A stretch of 63,964 bases of DNA, filler included. It is 5 parts of 5 records of this genome, joined end to end, with 100 filler letters (N's around TTAATTAATTAA, not from the genome) between each part and the next. Parts side by side here need not be neighbours in the genome. Positions count along the whole stretch, not along the records: positions 21,530 to 52,317 come from DRR723986_11288; 4 more parts are not named here. One strand, 5' to 3'. The notes below the pieces were generated by a model. The model made no database searches. It had not been told where the DNA came from and was given only the letters and a program-made list of their open reading frames with translations. The translations under genes and the position numbers were made by a program. This document shows, piece by piece, positions 34,862 through 45,056 of this stretch. Within the stretch, counting starts at the first letter, position 1. Every line of letters starts with the position of its first letter.

Positions 34862-35787
34862 TTTGTTAACTTATCAATGATATAAATCGGTCTTTGTTTG
34901 ACGCCCTCGAACGTTTTACCGAGGTATAAACCAATCACACCTAAGGTACTAATGGTAAATCCCGACAACAGCCATACAGAAACAATTAAACTGGTATAGC
35001 CTACAACCACAACACCACCGGATAACCACTTTATTATATAGTACAAGGCAATGGCTAGAGAACATAGAGAAATCAGTAAGCCTAGTTTAATTACCAGTCT
35101 AATTGGTTTATCAGAAAATGCTAAAATAATATCCAATGCCAGATTTAAGAGTTTTTTAAAGTTATAGCTGCTGTCGCCATCAGCTCTGGTACTGTGCTTT
35201 ACATTTAATTTTGTTTGTTTAAACCCAACCCACTTGATCATGGTTGGGAAATAACGTATCGATTCTCTCATACCCACCACAGCTGCAATTACTTTTCTTT
35301 CATAAATTCCAAAATTAGCAATGGTTTCATCTTGATCAGAACCGGTTAAATAACCAAGAGTCCTGTAAAACAGTTTTGAAAATAATTTTTTAAGATACTT
35401 GTCTTGTCGTTGTTCTCTGCTGGCCAAAACCACATCATAGCCTTCTTGTGCTTTCTGGTATAAATTTATGATCTCTTCAGGCCGGTCTTGTAAATCGCAA
35501 TCCATTACAACTACCCAGTCTCCTTTGGCATGGTCCAGCCCGCAGGTAATGGCATAGTGTTGCCCAAAATTTCTGCTTAACTTGATACCTTTTATATAGG
35601 GTTTATTGGCGGCAAGTTTTTCGATTACTGCCCAAGATTGATCTGGACCACTATCTTCCACTAAAATAATCTCGAAATTTTGGGTAATAGGTTCTAAAGC
35701 AACTTCTAATCGCGATATAAGTTCAGGTAAGATACGCTCAGCTCTGTAAACCGGACTGACAATAGAGACATGTGGTGAAACTGACAT
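34858..35787 (-). CDS. Polyprenyl-phosphate glycosyltransferase (GT2, ArnC/GtrB-like)
   Basis: LSRNFGQHYAI, MDCDLQDRPE and two C-terminal TM helices ending GLYLGKTFEGVKQRPIYII. Confidence 0.9.
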   Translation of the reverse strand: MSVSPHVSIVSPVYRAERILPELISRLEVALEPITQNFEIILVEDSGPDQSWAVIEKLAANKPYIKGIKLSRNFGQHYAITCGLDHAKGDWVVVMDCDLQDRPEEIINLYQKAQEGYDVVLASREQRQDKYLKKLFSKLFYRTLGYLTGSDQDETIANFGIYERKVIAAVVGMRESIRYFPTMIKWVGFKQTKLNVKHSTRADGDSSYNFKKLLNLALDIILAFSDKPIRLVIKLGLLISLCSLAIALYYIIKWLSGGVVVVGYTSLIVSVWLLSGFTISTLGVIGLYLGKTFEGVKQRPIYIIDKLTK

Positions 35788-35849
35788 CTTATCACTTATT
35801 ATTTTTTACTAAAATACTAATAATCATAATTTAAATAAATTTAATGGTT

Positions 35850-36221
35850 TTAAAATTTCACAGTACAAATTAAACCCAAGGTAATGAACCCTAAACCTAA
35901 GACCTTGCCCCATGTAAACGGTTCGTTTAAAAAATAAGCACCTACTATAAAAACCGCAATTGGTGCCAAACTCATAAACGGATAGGCTTTGGTGATGTCC
36001 ATTTTAGACATCGCTGCCATCCAAAACAAAGCGGCAATAAAGGCCGATACAAATCCTGAAAGTATGTAAGGGTCTAACAACATTTTAAAAAGGGCAGCTA
36101 CCACCGCTTGCGCTGAGCTTCGCGGCAGTTCAAATCCCAAATTGTTAAAACGCCATTTAATAACGATTTGCCCGTAAACAGTAAATAAAATAGTGGCAAA
36201 AATAAATGCGTAAGCTTTCAT
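35850..36221 (-). CDS. SMR/EamA-like small membrane protein (ArnE/ArnF-like flippase candidate)
   Basis: 123 aa with 4 TM segments; GQIVIKW, AYPFMSL and LNEPFTWGK. Confidence 0.8.
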   Translation of the reverse strand: MKAYAFIFATILFTVYGQIVIKWRFNNLGFELPRSSAQAVVAALFKMLLDPYILSGFVSAFIAALFWMAAMSKMDITKAYPFMSLAPIAVFIVGAYFLNEPFTWGKVLGLGFITLGLICTVKF

Positions 36222-36248
36222 TATAGTTTTATTAAAACCAAAAATTTA

Positions 36249-37448
36249 TTAAGAATAACTTGACATTAAACCAATCTTAATTAAATATAATACCCCAGAC
36301 AATACGTGTAATGTGAAGAGTCCAGCAATATAAAATCGATTTTTGGGTCTAAGGCTTTTGCTAAAAAATTTTGGTAATAGAAACAAAATTGTAGTTAAAA
36401 ATAATAAATAGGTGCAAATAACGGTTTGCCAATAAAAATTGGCGTCATACATTCTAGGTCCTGTTTCTTTTATAAATGCAAAAATAAATATTCCTGTAAG
36501 CGATAAATACAGAGCATATACAAATGGTCTATATGTCATGATAGACTTTATGGTTATAATTGTGTAAATTGGTAAGGCAAAAGACAACATAAAAGATATG
36601 GGTAAAAACCAAATTGGTACACGATATAATAATATTTCAAATGGGTATGCAGCAAGTGAAACGGTGCTTTGTTCGCTACTATAAGATCCTATTTCTTGAA
36701 TATAGATTAAATAATATTGACCTATTATAAGTACTACTGAGGTTATGATAGGAGATATATTAAACAAAAACTGTTTAAAGCTATCTCTTTTAAATCGTTT
36801 CAATAAAAAGAAAAATGTTACTGGTGCATAAACAAAAATGAATGAAGGCTTGATAAAAATATTAATTACAACCAAGACATTTAGTATCAAAATTTCTGCC
36901 TTAGTCGCATTACTTTCCGGATTAAGAAGTTTAAGTTGCTTCCAAAAAAGCAATAAAGCAAATGGAAATAATAAAATCGTGGTCGAATTGTGCCAAACAA
37001 TAGGAACGAATTTTCCAAAGTACATGAACTTGTAAACAAATAACGTAAATGGGTCTGGAATAGCGAAACAAAAAATAAGACCAAAACTTATTATAATCAA
37101 TTTTTCATTCGTGATCAACTTAAAACTAATTGAGTTTATAATATTTTTTGAAATTATATACTTTGCAGTTGTACTCATTGATAAAATAATAATCGCAATA
37201 AAATACATTAGTTGTTTATGACTAGAAAAACCAGAAAGAAGATTTACTAAATAGTAAAATAAAAAATTAACGGGATATTCTTTACTACCATTATTTATTC
37301 TTAACACATGCCTAATATGAGCCTGAATATCAGTAGAAACATTTTTTATCAAAAACGTAAAAGTGATAACACAAAAGCAAAATAGGAGAATCACGTCAAG
37401 ATGTTTCTTGAGTCGTTGATTAATCCTATCAATTAAAGAAAAAATCAT
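36249..37448 (-). CDS. Polytopic membrane protein, GT-C (Gtr type-specific-like) candidate
   Basis: About 11 TM segments with STDIQAH in the first loop, WHNST, IKPSF and ETGPR; very AT-rich; directly upstream of the flippase and ArnC-like genes. Confidence 0.55.
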   Translation of the reverse strand: MIFSLIDRINQRLKKHLDVILLFCFCVITFTFLIKNVSTDIQAHIRHVLRINNGSKEYPVNFLFYYLVNLLSGFSSHKQLMYFIAIIILSMSTTAKYIISKNIINSISFKLITNEKLIIISFGLIFCFAIPDPFTLFVYKFMYFGKFVPIVWHNSTTILLFPFALLLFWKQLKLLNPESNATKAEILILNVLVVINIFIKPSFIFVYAPVTFFFLLKRFKRDSFKQFLFNISPIITSVVLIIGQYYLIYIQEIGSYSSEQSTVSLAAYPFEILLYRVPIWFLPISFMLSFALPIYTIITIKSIMTYRPFVYALYLSLTGIFIFAFIKETGPRMYDANFYWQTVICTYLLFLTTILFLLPKFFSKSLRPKNRFYIAGLFTLHVLSGVLYLIKIGLMSSYS

Positions 37449-38175
37449 AAGAATCCGTTTTTTTGACGTTTAGAATACAAGACTTTTAACAAGTAATACT
37501 TCTTAAAAAGATGAAAATCAGATTATTATTCATATCAACACATATGAGTATAAATGGTAAACACTTAATTCAAATACTTTTTTAAATACTTCGAATAAAC
37601 GCTTTGAGAACCCTGTGCTACCAATCGCTATATTAAGTATTCGTTATTAATTTAGCCCATTCTCATGGAAACTTATTCTAGACAGGCTACGTTAAGTCCG
37701 GTGCACTTTTCAAAGGCTTTACAAATCTGGTGTCTCGGTCAACGCTTGATGATTCATTGTTCACGTTTTAAATTGGCTCGACTGAGCGTTGCTATTTAAA
37801 GCACCGAAAGCCGAGGGCTTAACTTTCTTGGCTATAGCTAGTACCAAGTTGAGATAAAAATGAAGTCATACCATTATGTGGTTTTTTAGCTGTCGTGGTT
37901 TTTCTTTAATACTCATAACTCATCATGCCGCATGAAAAGCAGCAACCATATAGCATTCAGAATCGTTAACGTAGTTACCAAAAATGACCGCCTTTCTGCC
38001 ATCGGTAACCTGTTGCACCGCCTTGGCAAGGAGTTATTTTAGAGAGCGCTATATTTAAGAGATTTAATCTTGTATTGGAACCGCGAGCTTGAATAATTCC
38101 TTTCATTAGTTAGTGTTTAATTTAAACCAACTCCAAGTATGAAAATTATAAAACAATGGCTTTGAGAATAATATA

Positions 38176-39279
38176 TTATAGTTTCGAAATAACAGATTTG
38201 ATAGTTTCTATTTGCTGTTGTTGTGTTTGCTTGATGACCTCAGCATTAATGGTAGGTTTCTCCAAATGTAATGAATCCATATTTTTAAAACCTTCCAAAT
38301 TCGGGAGGGCATACAGTCCTTTTAAATGATGAAACGATCGCAATGCAATGCTATTGGCAATAATGGGAATGCCTGCTATCATTAATTCTGGAATTCGCGT
38401 TAGTACCCCTGTGCCACTATGTTGGTAAATCAATACGGCTTTACAAGTCTTTAACAGTTTTTGATAAACGTCTGTACTAACCCTACCTAAAATGCTTACA
38501 CAACTTGGTAAGTCCTTAATCTGTTTGACCAAAGCTTCCGTACCAAAACCGGCAATAATTAAATTAAACCTTGTTTGCTGCTGCAATACATGCTGAATTA
38601 CGGCCTTCATGCCATCAGCTGTAGGCCGGTTATCTGCGGTGCCCAACATTAAATAAAATGTTTCAACCTCGTGTGTTTCTCTAAAATTAGAAATATGTAA
38701 ACATTGAGACACCACATTAGATGAAGGCCAGTACTCTAAATAATGTGCCTGTAAACCATATAAAGATAACAACCATTGGTCTTCTAATGAAATGGTAAAC
38801 ACGGCATCGCAGAGTTTTAAATACGCCAATTCTTCCTGAAACCAGTCCGGACTCACTTTACCTGACACAAATGACTGTCTGTTACTTACCAAAGACTCTA
38901 AATTATGTGGTAGCACCAGTATTTTTAAACCATATTGCTTACAAAGTAAGGGTATGTAAAAATCTCCGTAACTGTAATTTGGTTCCCAGATAAAAAATTC
39001 TGCATCTGCATGATGGTTTTTCCAAGACTTAAAGTTGATGACGTGAAATCCTATTTGAGATAGCTGTTTGTACTGCTTTAACAGCAATCGGTGTCTGATT
39101 AAAAATTCTAAGCCTGCATAATATCTTACATACCATGGGCTAAAGACACTTTTAAATGCCTTTACCGGGACCAAATCAAATACTTTAGAAAACAGTTCAT
39201 GAATTTGAAAGGACCGCTTTTCGCCACCGTGTCCGAATTCATTTAACTCAAATGCATTTTTATAAAAGGCCTTGGGCAT
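38176..39279 (-). CDS. Glycosyltransferase (GT-B, family 4-like)
   Basis: LIIAGFGTE and GTGVLTRIPELMIAGIPIIAN. Confidence 0.75.
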   Translation of the reverse strand: MPKAFYKNAFELNEFGHGGEKRSFQIHELFSKVFDLVPVKAFKSVFSPWYVRYYAGLEFLIRHRLLLKQYKQLSQIGFHVINFKSWKNHHADAEFFIWEPNYSYGDFYIPLLCKQYGLKILVLPHNLESLVSNRQSFVSGKVSPDWFQEELAYLKLCDAVFTISLEDQWLLSLYGLQAHYLEYWPSSNVVSQCLHISNFRETHEVETFYLMLGTADNRPTADGMKAVIQHVLQQQTRFNLIIAGFGTEALVKQIKDLPSCVSILGRVSTDVYQKLLKTCKAVLIYQHSGTGVLTRIPELMIAGIPIIANSIALRSFHHLKGLYALPNLEGFKNMDSLHLEKPTINAEVIKQTQQQQIETIKSVISKL

Positions 39280-39288
39280 TACTGTAAC

Positions 39289-40389
39289 TTACTTGTTAGA
39301 ATTGGTTTGTAGTACCGTGTACGAATCAATATACTTGTTGCTTATTTGATCCAGACTCCAGGCTGCTAATGCCAATTGTTTATTGTTTTGACCGTAACCT
39401 GCTTCTGCCAATTCAAAGGCCTTTTTAACTGCGTTAGCAATAGATGCCGGCTGCTGTGGGTTAAAAACAGGATTCCCTGTTTCTTTAAGTATCTCCCCAA
39501 TATCGCCACCGTCACGTCCGGTGACAACTAAACCAAAAGTAAAACCAAGTGTTATATTACCACTGTTCAATTCATCAATACGCGGTATTAACAAAATATC
39601 GGTTGCATTCAGGTAATATTGTGCATCTGTTTCCTGAATAAACCCTAGATTGGTTCTGAATGCTTTATTTTGCTTGGCACGCCATAAATCAAATTTATAA
39701 ACCCATTCCCGTAAGCGTATCCATTTAATAGCGCGTCTGGGTACTTTCCATCCCGGTGCCAGCAACACTTTATCTGTACCTTCTATGCTATTAAATGCAG
39801 TTTTAATGAGTTGTTTTTCGCGTTCTTTTACCATACCGAACACTAACAATACCTTAGCATTGTTGGCGATACCTAACTTTTTTCTTGCTGCTTCCTTAGA
39901 TACTTTATTCGGTAAAGAGCTGTAATTTTGATGTGGTATCACAACGTGATTCACATGCTTTAATTCAGGATAGAATTCTTTAAATTGTTGAGTACTGTAA
40001 TGAGCGAAATGGGCTATGGTATCACAATACGAAAGGACTGTTTTATATAATTTCTTGAACTCTGCGTCAGTTCGTACATGTGGCTCCTGTACATGTCTTG
40101 TATGCACTATCTTTGAGTGACTTTTCCAGTGCTCCAAACAAGCTATTAGTCGGTTCCATAAATCCTGAGGTATAGGATCTGTATGGTTCATACAACCTTC
40201 AACTTCAAACGATAAATATTCAGGCTCATGTATGTGTACAATATCATAGTTATTTTTGCAAGACCAGAATTCTTCAAAATCATACACTACATCTGCATAT
40301 GTTCCGATACCTTCTTCTAAATCGCGAACAAATCTATTTCTGGGTTGTGGAATACTTGCAAATAATATTTTAAGACGTTTATTAGTCAT
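39289..40389 (-). CDS. Glycosyltransferase (GT-B, family 4-like)
   Basis: IVHIHEPE, EAARKKLGI, LVFGMVK and YLNATDILLIPR...LNSG. Confidence 0.75.
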   Translation of the reverse strand: MTNKRLKILFASIPQPRNRFVRDLEEGIGTYADVVYDFEEFWSCKNNYDIVHIHEPEYLSFEVEGCMNHTDPIPQDLWNRLIACLEHWKSHSKIVHTRHVQEPHVRTDAEFKKLYKTVLSYCDTIAHFAHYSTQQFKEFYPELKHVNHVVIPHQNYSSLPNKVSKEAARKKLGIANNAKVLLVFGMVKEREKQLIKTAFNSIEGTDKVLLAPGWKVPRRAIKWIRLREWVYKFDLWRAKQNKAFRTNLGFIQETDAQYYLNATDILLIPRIDELNSGNITLGFTFGLVVTGRDGGDIGEILKETGNPVFNPQQPASIANAVKKAFELAEAGYGQNNKQLALAAWSLDQISNKYIDSYTVLQTNSNK

Positions 40390-40417
40390 GTTTTTTTACT
40401 TTATGAACTTTTAGTGG

Positions 40418-40516
40418 TTTCACGCCAAGGGCGTAGAGTTTTTTTTGGTTCACGCAAAGACCGCTAAGTTTCTTTCACGCAAAGGCCGCTATGTTTTTTG
40501 TGTGCTTTGCGTGAAA
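40418..40516. repeat. Intergenic REP-like repeat cluster (TTCACGCAAAG core: three direct copies and one inverted copy)
   Basis: Direct copies near 40419 (one mismatch), 40449 and 40474; inverted CTTTGCGTGAAA at 40505-40516 forms a perfect 12-bp stem with 40473-40484. Confidence 0.8.
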
Positions 40517-40527
40517 CAAAATAGCCT

Positions 40528-41586
40528 CTATCTCAAATTACCCTCAGCAATCTCCCTGGCTTTCACAGCCTCATACACACGTTTCATACCTTCACGAATC
40601 GATATCTTTGGTTCCCAACCTAAGTTCTCTTTTACCCAGGTCATATCACAATACCTACTGTGCACTCCCACCGGCTTATCCAAAAGCGGTTTTATTTCCG
40701 GACTATATCCTGCAAATTCACAGAAAATCTGTATCAAATCTCTAAACGAGGTTAAAATCCCTTGCCCAATGTTAATGGCTGTGCCGTCATGAATCTTATC
40801 CATGGCCACTTCCACACAATCTAACACATCATCGATGTGAACAAAATCACGGCCTTGGTGTCCAGAGCCCCACACTTCAAAAGGCGCTTCTTTAAACACA
40901 GCTCGCCTGGCGATGGCAGGCGTAGGATATGAATAGTCCTGGTCTTCACCATAGCCAGAAAAGGGTCTGATGCAAGTAATTTTTACGCCATAATGTTTGG
41001 CTGTAATTTGTGCCAAAAACTCGCCCGTGAGCTTGGTCCAGCCATAAGTCATATCGGGTTGCCCCATGTGGTTAAAATCAATGTCTGTTTCCTTTAGTTG
41101 AATGGCGTTACTTTCGGTTTGAAGATTTACCGGATACGCCGCACTTGAGCTGGGATACAAGACTCGTTCAGGCTTATGTCTGCTTACCCAATAAAAAAAC
41201 TCGGCATCGATAGAGAGGTCTAATGCTACTTGAATAGGGTCACCATCAATCATGGCACGACCTCCTACAATTGCTGCAAAATGATACACGTCACCAAAAC
41301 GATTGATGTTTAGGCCCAACTCTTTTTGAAGGTAATCGGGTTGGTGCACTAATTTTTGAAGGGTAGTTCTAAAATCCTCTTCTATAAATAGCAGGCGTTC
41401 ATCTTCTCCGTATATTTCCATTTGTGGTGTGGTTGTTTTGAGTGGCACCTGTAACCAGGTGGAAGGATGTTTCCCGACGGCCAGGTTATCTATAAACAAA
41501 ATGCGATCTTTGGTGTTATTATAAAGTCTTTTCACCATATTACGCCCTACAAAGCCGCAGCCACCGGATATTAAGTGTGTTTTCAT
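40528..41586 (-). CDS. NAD-dependent nucleotide-sugar epimerase/dehydratase (extended SDR)
   Basis: SGGCGFVG, HFAAIVGG, SSSAAYP and YGWTK (YxxxK). Confidence 0.92.
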   Translation of the reverse strand: MKTHLISGGCGFVGRNMVKRLYNNTKDRILFIDNLAVGKHPSTWLQVPLKTTTPQMEIYGEDERLLFIEEDFRTTLQKLVHQPDYLQKELGLNINRFGDVYHFAAIVGGRAMIDGDPIQVALDLSIDAEFFYWVSRHKPERVLYPSSSAAYPVNLQTESNAIQLKETDIDFNHMGQPDMTYGWTKLTGEFLAQITAKHYGVKITCIRPFSGYGEDQDYSYPTPAIARRAVFKEAPFEVWGSGHQGRDFVHIDDVLDCVEVAMDKIHDGTAINIGQGILTSFRDLIQIFCEFAGYSPEIKPLLDKPVGVHSRYCDMTWVKENLGWEPKISIREGMKRVYEAVKAREIAEGNLR

Positions 41587-41597
41587 TAAATTTGTTT

Positions 41598-42629
41598 TTA
41601 ACTGATTGTCTTAGACGATTTTATTTTAGAAGATAGTATTCTGTTTTTAAAAGATATTAAATGCAGCGTCCACCAGTTCTCACCAAATACCTTCCAAAAA
41701 TTAAAATCGAAGTCGCCATAGGCCTTAGCCACACTGTTGGGCTGTTTAGCAGCTTGTTGTAAGATGGCGGTAAAAGCCTTTAATTTATTGGTATGCCCGG
41801 CGAGGTAGTTGCGGTAACACTGCTCAAACACCAGGTATTTGTCTTTTGATAATTGCTTGTTTTTAAATTCACGTCGTAAACTCTGCCACCAGACATCAAT
41901 ATAGGGCAGGTGGTCTTGTGTTCGGGTCATCCGGTTGTGGGTATGGATGCCCCGCATCGCCACCGGACTATCAATTTGCCCGGCATACAACTTACAAAAC
42001 CCGGCCAGACGACGCCATAAATGAATATCTTGACGCAACCTTAGCCCGGTATGAAAATAACCTATCTTATTAAAAACTGCTCTTTTTACAGTAATCCCAT
42101 CTGTACAAAACTCACCTTTTACACTGGAATGTCTATGGAACAGTACACTAAATAGCTCATCGGGTGATACGATGTCACTTAAAGTTAGTATTTCCTGATA
42201 ACCAAATCCATTGTCGAAAAACTGTTGTTTGGCAGCATCTGAATAAAAGTGTGTGCCGACGCAACTGTACACTCCTTCGGCATCCGGGAACTGTTGAAAC
42301 ACCTGTTCATCTTGTTTAAACCGGTGGGGTAAATAATAATCGTCGGCATCCAAAAAAGCGATATAGTCGCAAACCGCTATTTTTATACCCAGATTACGCG
42401 ACGCGCCTGCGCCGTGATTCCCCTTGTCCGGGTGTTGCAACAGCTTTACCTTGCTAAATTCCTGTTCTAAATCTAAAGCCACCTGAAAAGCCTTATCGGG
42501 AGAGGCATCTTCTACCAAAATCACTTCGCCTACTTCCTCCAGTTGCACCGCAGAGGTGACCGCTGTTCTTAAATAGGGTTCGGCGTTATATACCGGGATG
42601 ATGACAGAAACTTTAAATGGGTGCTTCAA
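41598..42629 (-). CDS. Glycosyltransferase family 2
   Basis: VSVIIPVYN, GAGASRNLGI and FLDADD. Confidence 0.92.
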   Translation of the reverse strand: MKHPFKVSVIIPVYNAEPYLRTAVTSAVQLEEVGEVILVEDASPDKAFQVALDLEQEFSKVKLLQHPDKGNHGAGASRNLGIKIAVCDYIAFLDADDYYLPHRFKQDEQVFQQFPDAEGVYSCVGTHFYSDAAKQQFFDNGFGYQEILTLSDIVSPDELFSVLFHRHSSVKGEFCTDGITVKRAVFNKIGYFHTGLRLRQDIHLWRRLAGFCKLYAGQIDSPVAMRGIHTHNRMTRTQDHLPYIDVWWQSLRREFKNKQLSKDKYLVFEQCYRNYLAGHTNKLKAFTAILQQAAKQPNSVAKAYGDFDFNFWKVFGENWWTLHLISFKNRILSSKIKSSKTIS

Positions 42630-43770
42630 TATTGTAAATAAGCTGATTAATTGTATTTAAATACTTCTCAATAGTAAAATGGTTTTTGATGCGTTCCTTA
42701 CCGGCTTGCCCCATACTTTCAGCCAAATCTCTATTTTCTGTAAGTTTAAGCATATCAGTAGACATTGCTTCAATATCATTTTCATCCACCAAAAAACCGG
42801 TTTCATGTTCAACAACCACATCCGGTATACCGGCATGTCTGGTAGACACCACAGGCAATCCTGCTGCCATGACCTCGATAATACCAACCGGTGTACCTTC
42901 GCTATCCCCATTGTAAGCCACTAAAGAATGTTGCACAAACATAAAGGCAGATTGTAGGTGCTTGGCAATCTCCGCCCGTGTTAAACCACCTAATAACAAC
43001 ACCTGATCTTCTAATCCCAAACTCTTTACAAGATTTTTACTGACGTCAAACAATTCACCATCGCCTATCATTTTTAGTTTAAGTTGAGGATGTTTCTCTA
43101 ACACCTTTTGAAATGCCAAAATGGTTAAATAAGGTGCCTTTTTGTAGGTATGCCGACCTACAGCAATCAAATAATTGGACTCATAATCTACTGATAAATT
43201 GGTATAGTCCGGGTGAGGACCATAAGTATTAAGCACTAATTTTGCTGTTGGGCATCCTTCTCGTTGCAGTGCATGAGCCATAGCGTGGGATACAACAACA
43301 ATATGTTTTGCTACCTTAAACATGAGCTGATATTCTTTCTTATATCGCTCTAAGATATCATATCTAGAAGCATCAAATCCGTGAAAATGTACTACTAATG
43401 GTATATTTAAATCTTTACAAACGGGCGTTATAAAACTCCCTGCCGTACCATATTCTGCTAACACTACATCAATCTGATATTCTTTTATATAACGTTTGAT
43501 TAACGCCTCTTTGGTATACTGTTGTCGCCGGCGCTGCTCTATTCTAAAATACAAATAATGAGGTAACAAAGACTGTAATCGGTTGATAAAGGTTTTTTGG
43601 GGTTGGTAAAGTTTCCATAAAGGTACATCGTCGGCGGTTTTAAAGTCCAGTTCCCAGCCATACAAATAAAAGACTCGGGCATCTAATTGCTCGATATGGG
43701 CACGGATAAAGGTTTCGGTTAACCCAACTTTTGTGGGGGTTACAATCAATACGTTTTTTATTCTAGTCAT
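42613..43770 (-). CDS. Glycosyltransferase family 4 (WcaL-like)
   Basis: TETFI, HFHGFD and GDSEGTPVGIIEVMAAGLPVVSTRHAGIPD. Confidence 0.92.
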   Translation of the reverse strand: MTRIKNVLIVTPTKVGLTETFIRAHIEQLDARVFYLYGWELDFKTADDVPLWKLYQPQKTFINRLQSLLPHYLYFRIEQRRRQQYTKEALIKRYIKEYQIDVVLAEYGTAGSFITPVCKDLNIPLVVHFHGFDASRYDILERYKKEYQLMFKVAKHIVVVSHAMAHALQREGCPTAKLVLNTYGPHPDYTNLSVDYESNYLIAVGRHTYKKAPYLTILAFQKVLEKHPQLKLKMIGDGELFDVSKNLVKSLGLEDQVLLLGGLTRAEIAKHLQSAFMFVQHSLVAYNGDSEGTPVGIIEVMAAGLPVVSTRHAGIPDVVVEHETGFLVDENDIEAMSTDMLKLTENRDLAESMGQAGKERIKNHFTIEKYLNTINQLIYNIEAPI

Positions 43771-45047
43771 TTGTTTAATAAAGCTCTTAATCTGGCACGG
43801 GGTCTTACAAACAGGCGTACTTGCATCCAGTGGCGTTGCAACTTTTGGAGATACACCTCTCTGCGACCGGGTTTTCGGTTGTCACCATAATGCAATAAAG
43901 GACCTTCAAGTTTGATTCTCGACGGTATTTTTAATGATTTAATTGTTTCAGCCGTATAGCCATTTAATAACCGGTACCATTGCTCATGGGTTATGGCACT
44001 ACTATAGCGTTCTTTAATGGTTTTGACGGCATTGGCAGACAATCGCTCCCAAAGTTCGGGTTGGTCTAACAATAGTTGTAAGTGTTTTTGATAATCGGCT
44101 TCCCGGTCTTTAACGATAAAACCGTTCACGCCATGCTCGATGATTTCATTTACACCTCCTTCATTAATATAACATACGGGTACAACCCCACAAGCCATGG
44201 CTTCCATTAAGGCTACCGGCATGCCTTCGTAATCGCTCATTAAGGTGAATACCTGATGCTCTACCATTGTATTGAGAATCTCAGCCGGTGATACCGCTTG
44301 ATACAGCTTTACATACCTTTGTGCTTTATGACTCTCGATGATATTTTTTACAGCGGCTTCCTCGTCACCATCGCCATAGATACTGAATTCTAATTGTTGT
44401 CTTATTTGCGACGCATTACAAAAAGCGGTGGTAAGTTTTAAAATTTGCTTGGCTTCCACCACCAAACGACCGGCATAAATAATTTTTAAAGGTGCTTTTT
44501 TATTCCATTTGGCCTTCTTATCCTGTAAAGGTACACCACAAGAAATCATGCAATTATCAATAGCGACACCTTTTTTCTCTACGAGTTTAGCGATAAAATT
44601 AGAGACAGGCACCACAGCCGTTAAACGATCCTCAGGTGCGCCATGAATGAACTTGTGAATAACGCCTTTATAGAAAGGATCTTGTGAATGTAGCACTCCA
44701 ATCACAGGAATATGGGCCTTTTTAAGGTAATGTGCGGCATATAAGGCAGGTATCACTAGATTGGCCACCACCACGTTGATTTGTAAAGCCTTTACCAGTG
44801 TTAAAAGCGTCTTGACCTGATCGGCCACATAGGGCCATTGCTCCTTATTAATGGTACTTACGGGCAGCTGCTGTTCTTTAAAAAAAGACAAAGTAGGACA
44901 TTCGTCTTCAATACCTTGGTAAATAAACAGGGTGTGCACGTCTAATTGGTACCGTGTTCTTAAATCGGGTACCAGACGCTGTAACCAGGCATTAGGACCT
45001 GTGGCAACCTGTCCCGGACGGTCGTAGGCGCATATTAATATTTTCAA
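43767..45047 (-). CDS. Glycosyltransferase family 4
   Basis: SDYEGMPVALMEAMACGVVPV; TTG start. Confidence 0.92.
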   Translation of the reverse strand: MKILICAYDRPGQVATGPNAWLQRLVPDLRTRYQLDVHTLFIYQGIEDECPTLSFFKEQQLPVSTINKEQWPYVADQVKTLLTLVKALQINVVVANLVIPALYAAHYLKKAHIPVIGVLHSQDPFYKGVIHKFIHGAPEDRLTAVVPVSNFIAKLVEKKGVAIDNCMISCGVPLQDKKAKWNKKAPLKIIYAGRLVVEAKQILKLTTAFCNASQIRQQLEFSIYGDGDEEAAVKNIIESHKAQRYVKLYQAVSPAEILNTMVEHQVFTLMSDYEGMPVALMEAMACGVVPVCYINEGGVNEIIEHGVNGFIVKDREADYQKHLQLLLDQPELWERLSANAVKTIKERYSSAITHEQWYRLLNGYTAETIKSLKIPSRIKLEGPLLHYGDNRKPGRREVYLQKLQRHWMQVRLFVRPRARLRALLNK

Positions 45048-45056
45048 AATTGTAAC

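Noticed and set aside
40418-40516. Repeat cluster as a mini-CRISPR array
   Set aside because: The repeat core is only about 11 nt, the spacers are short and low-complexity, one copy is inverted and no cas genes are present.
40445-40792. 115-aa plus-strand ORF
   Set aside because: It is antisense to the epimerase and starts inside the repeat cluster.
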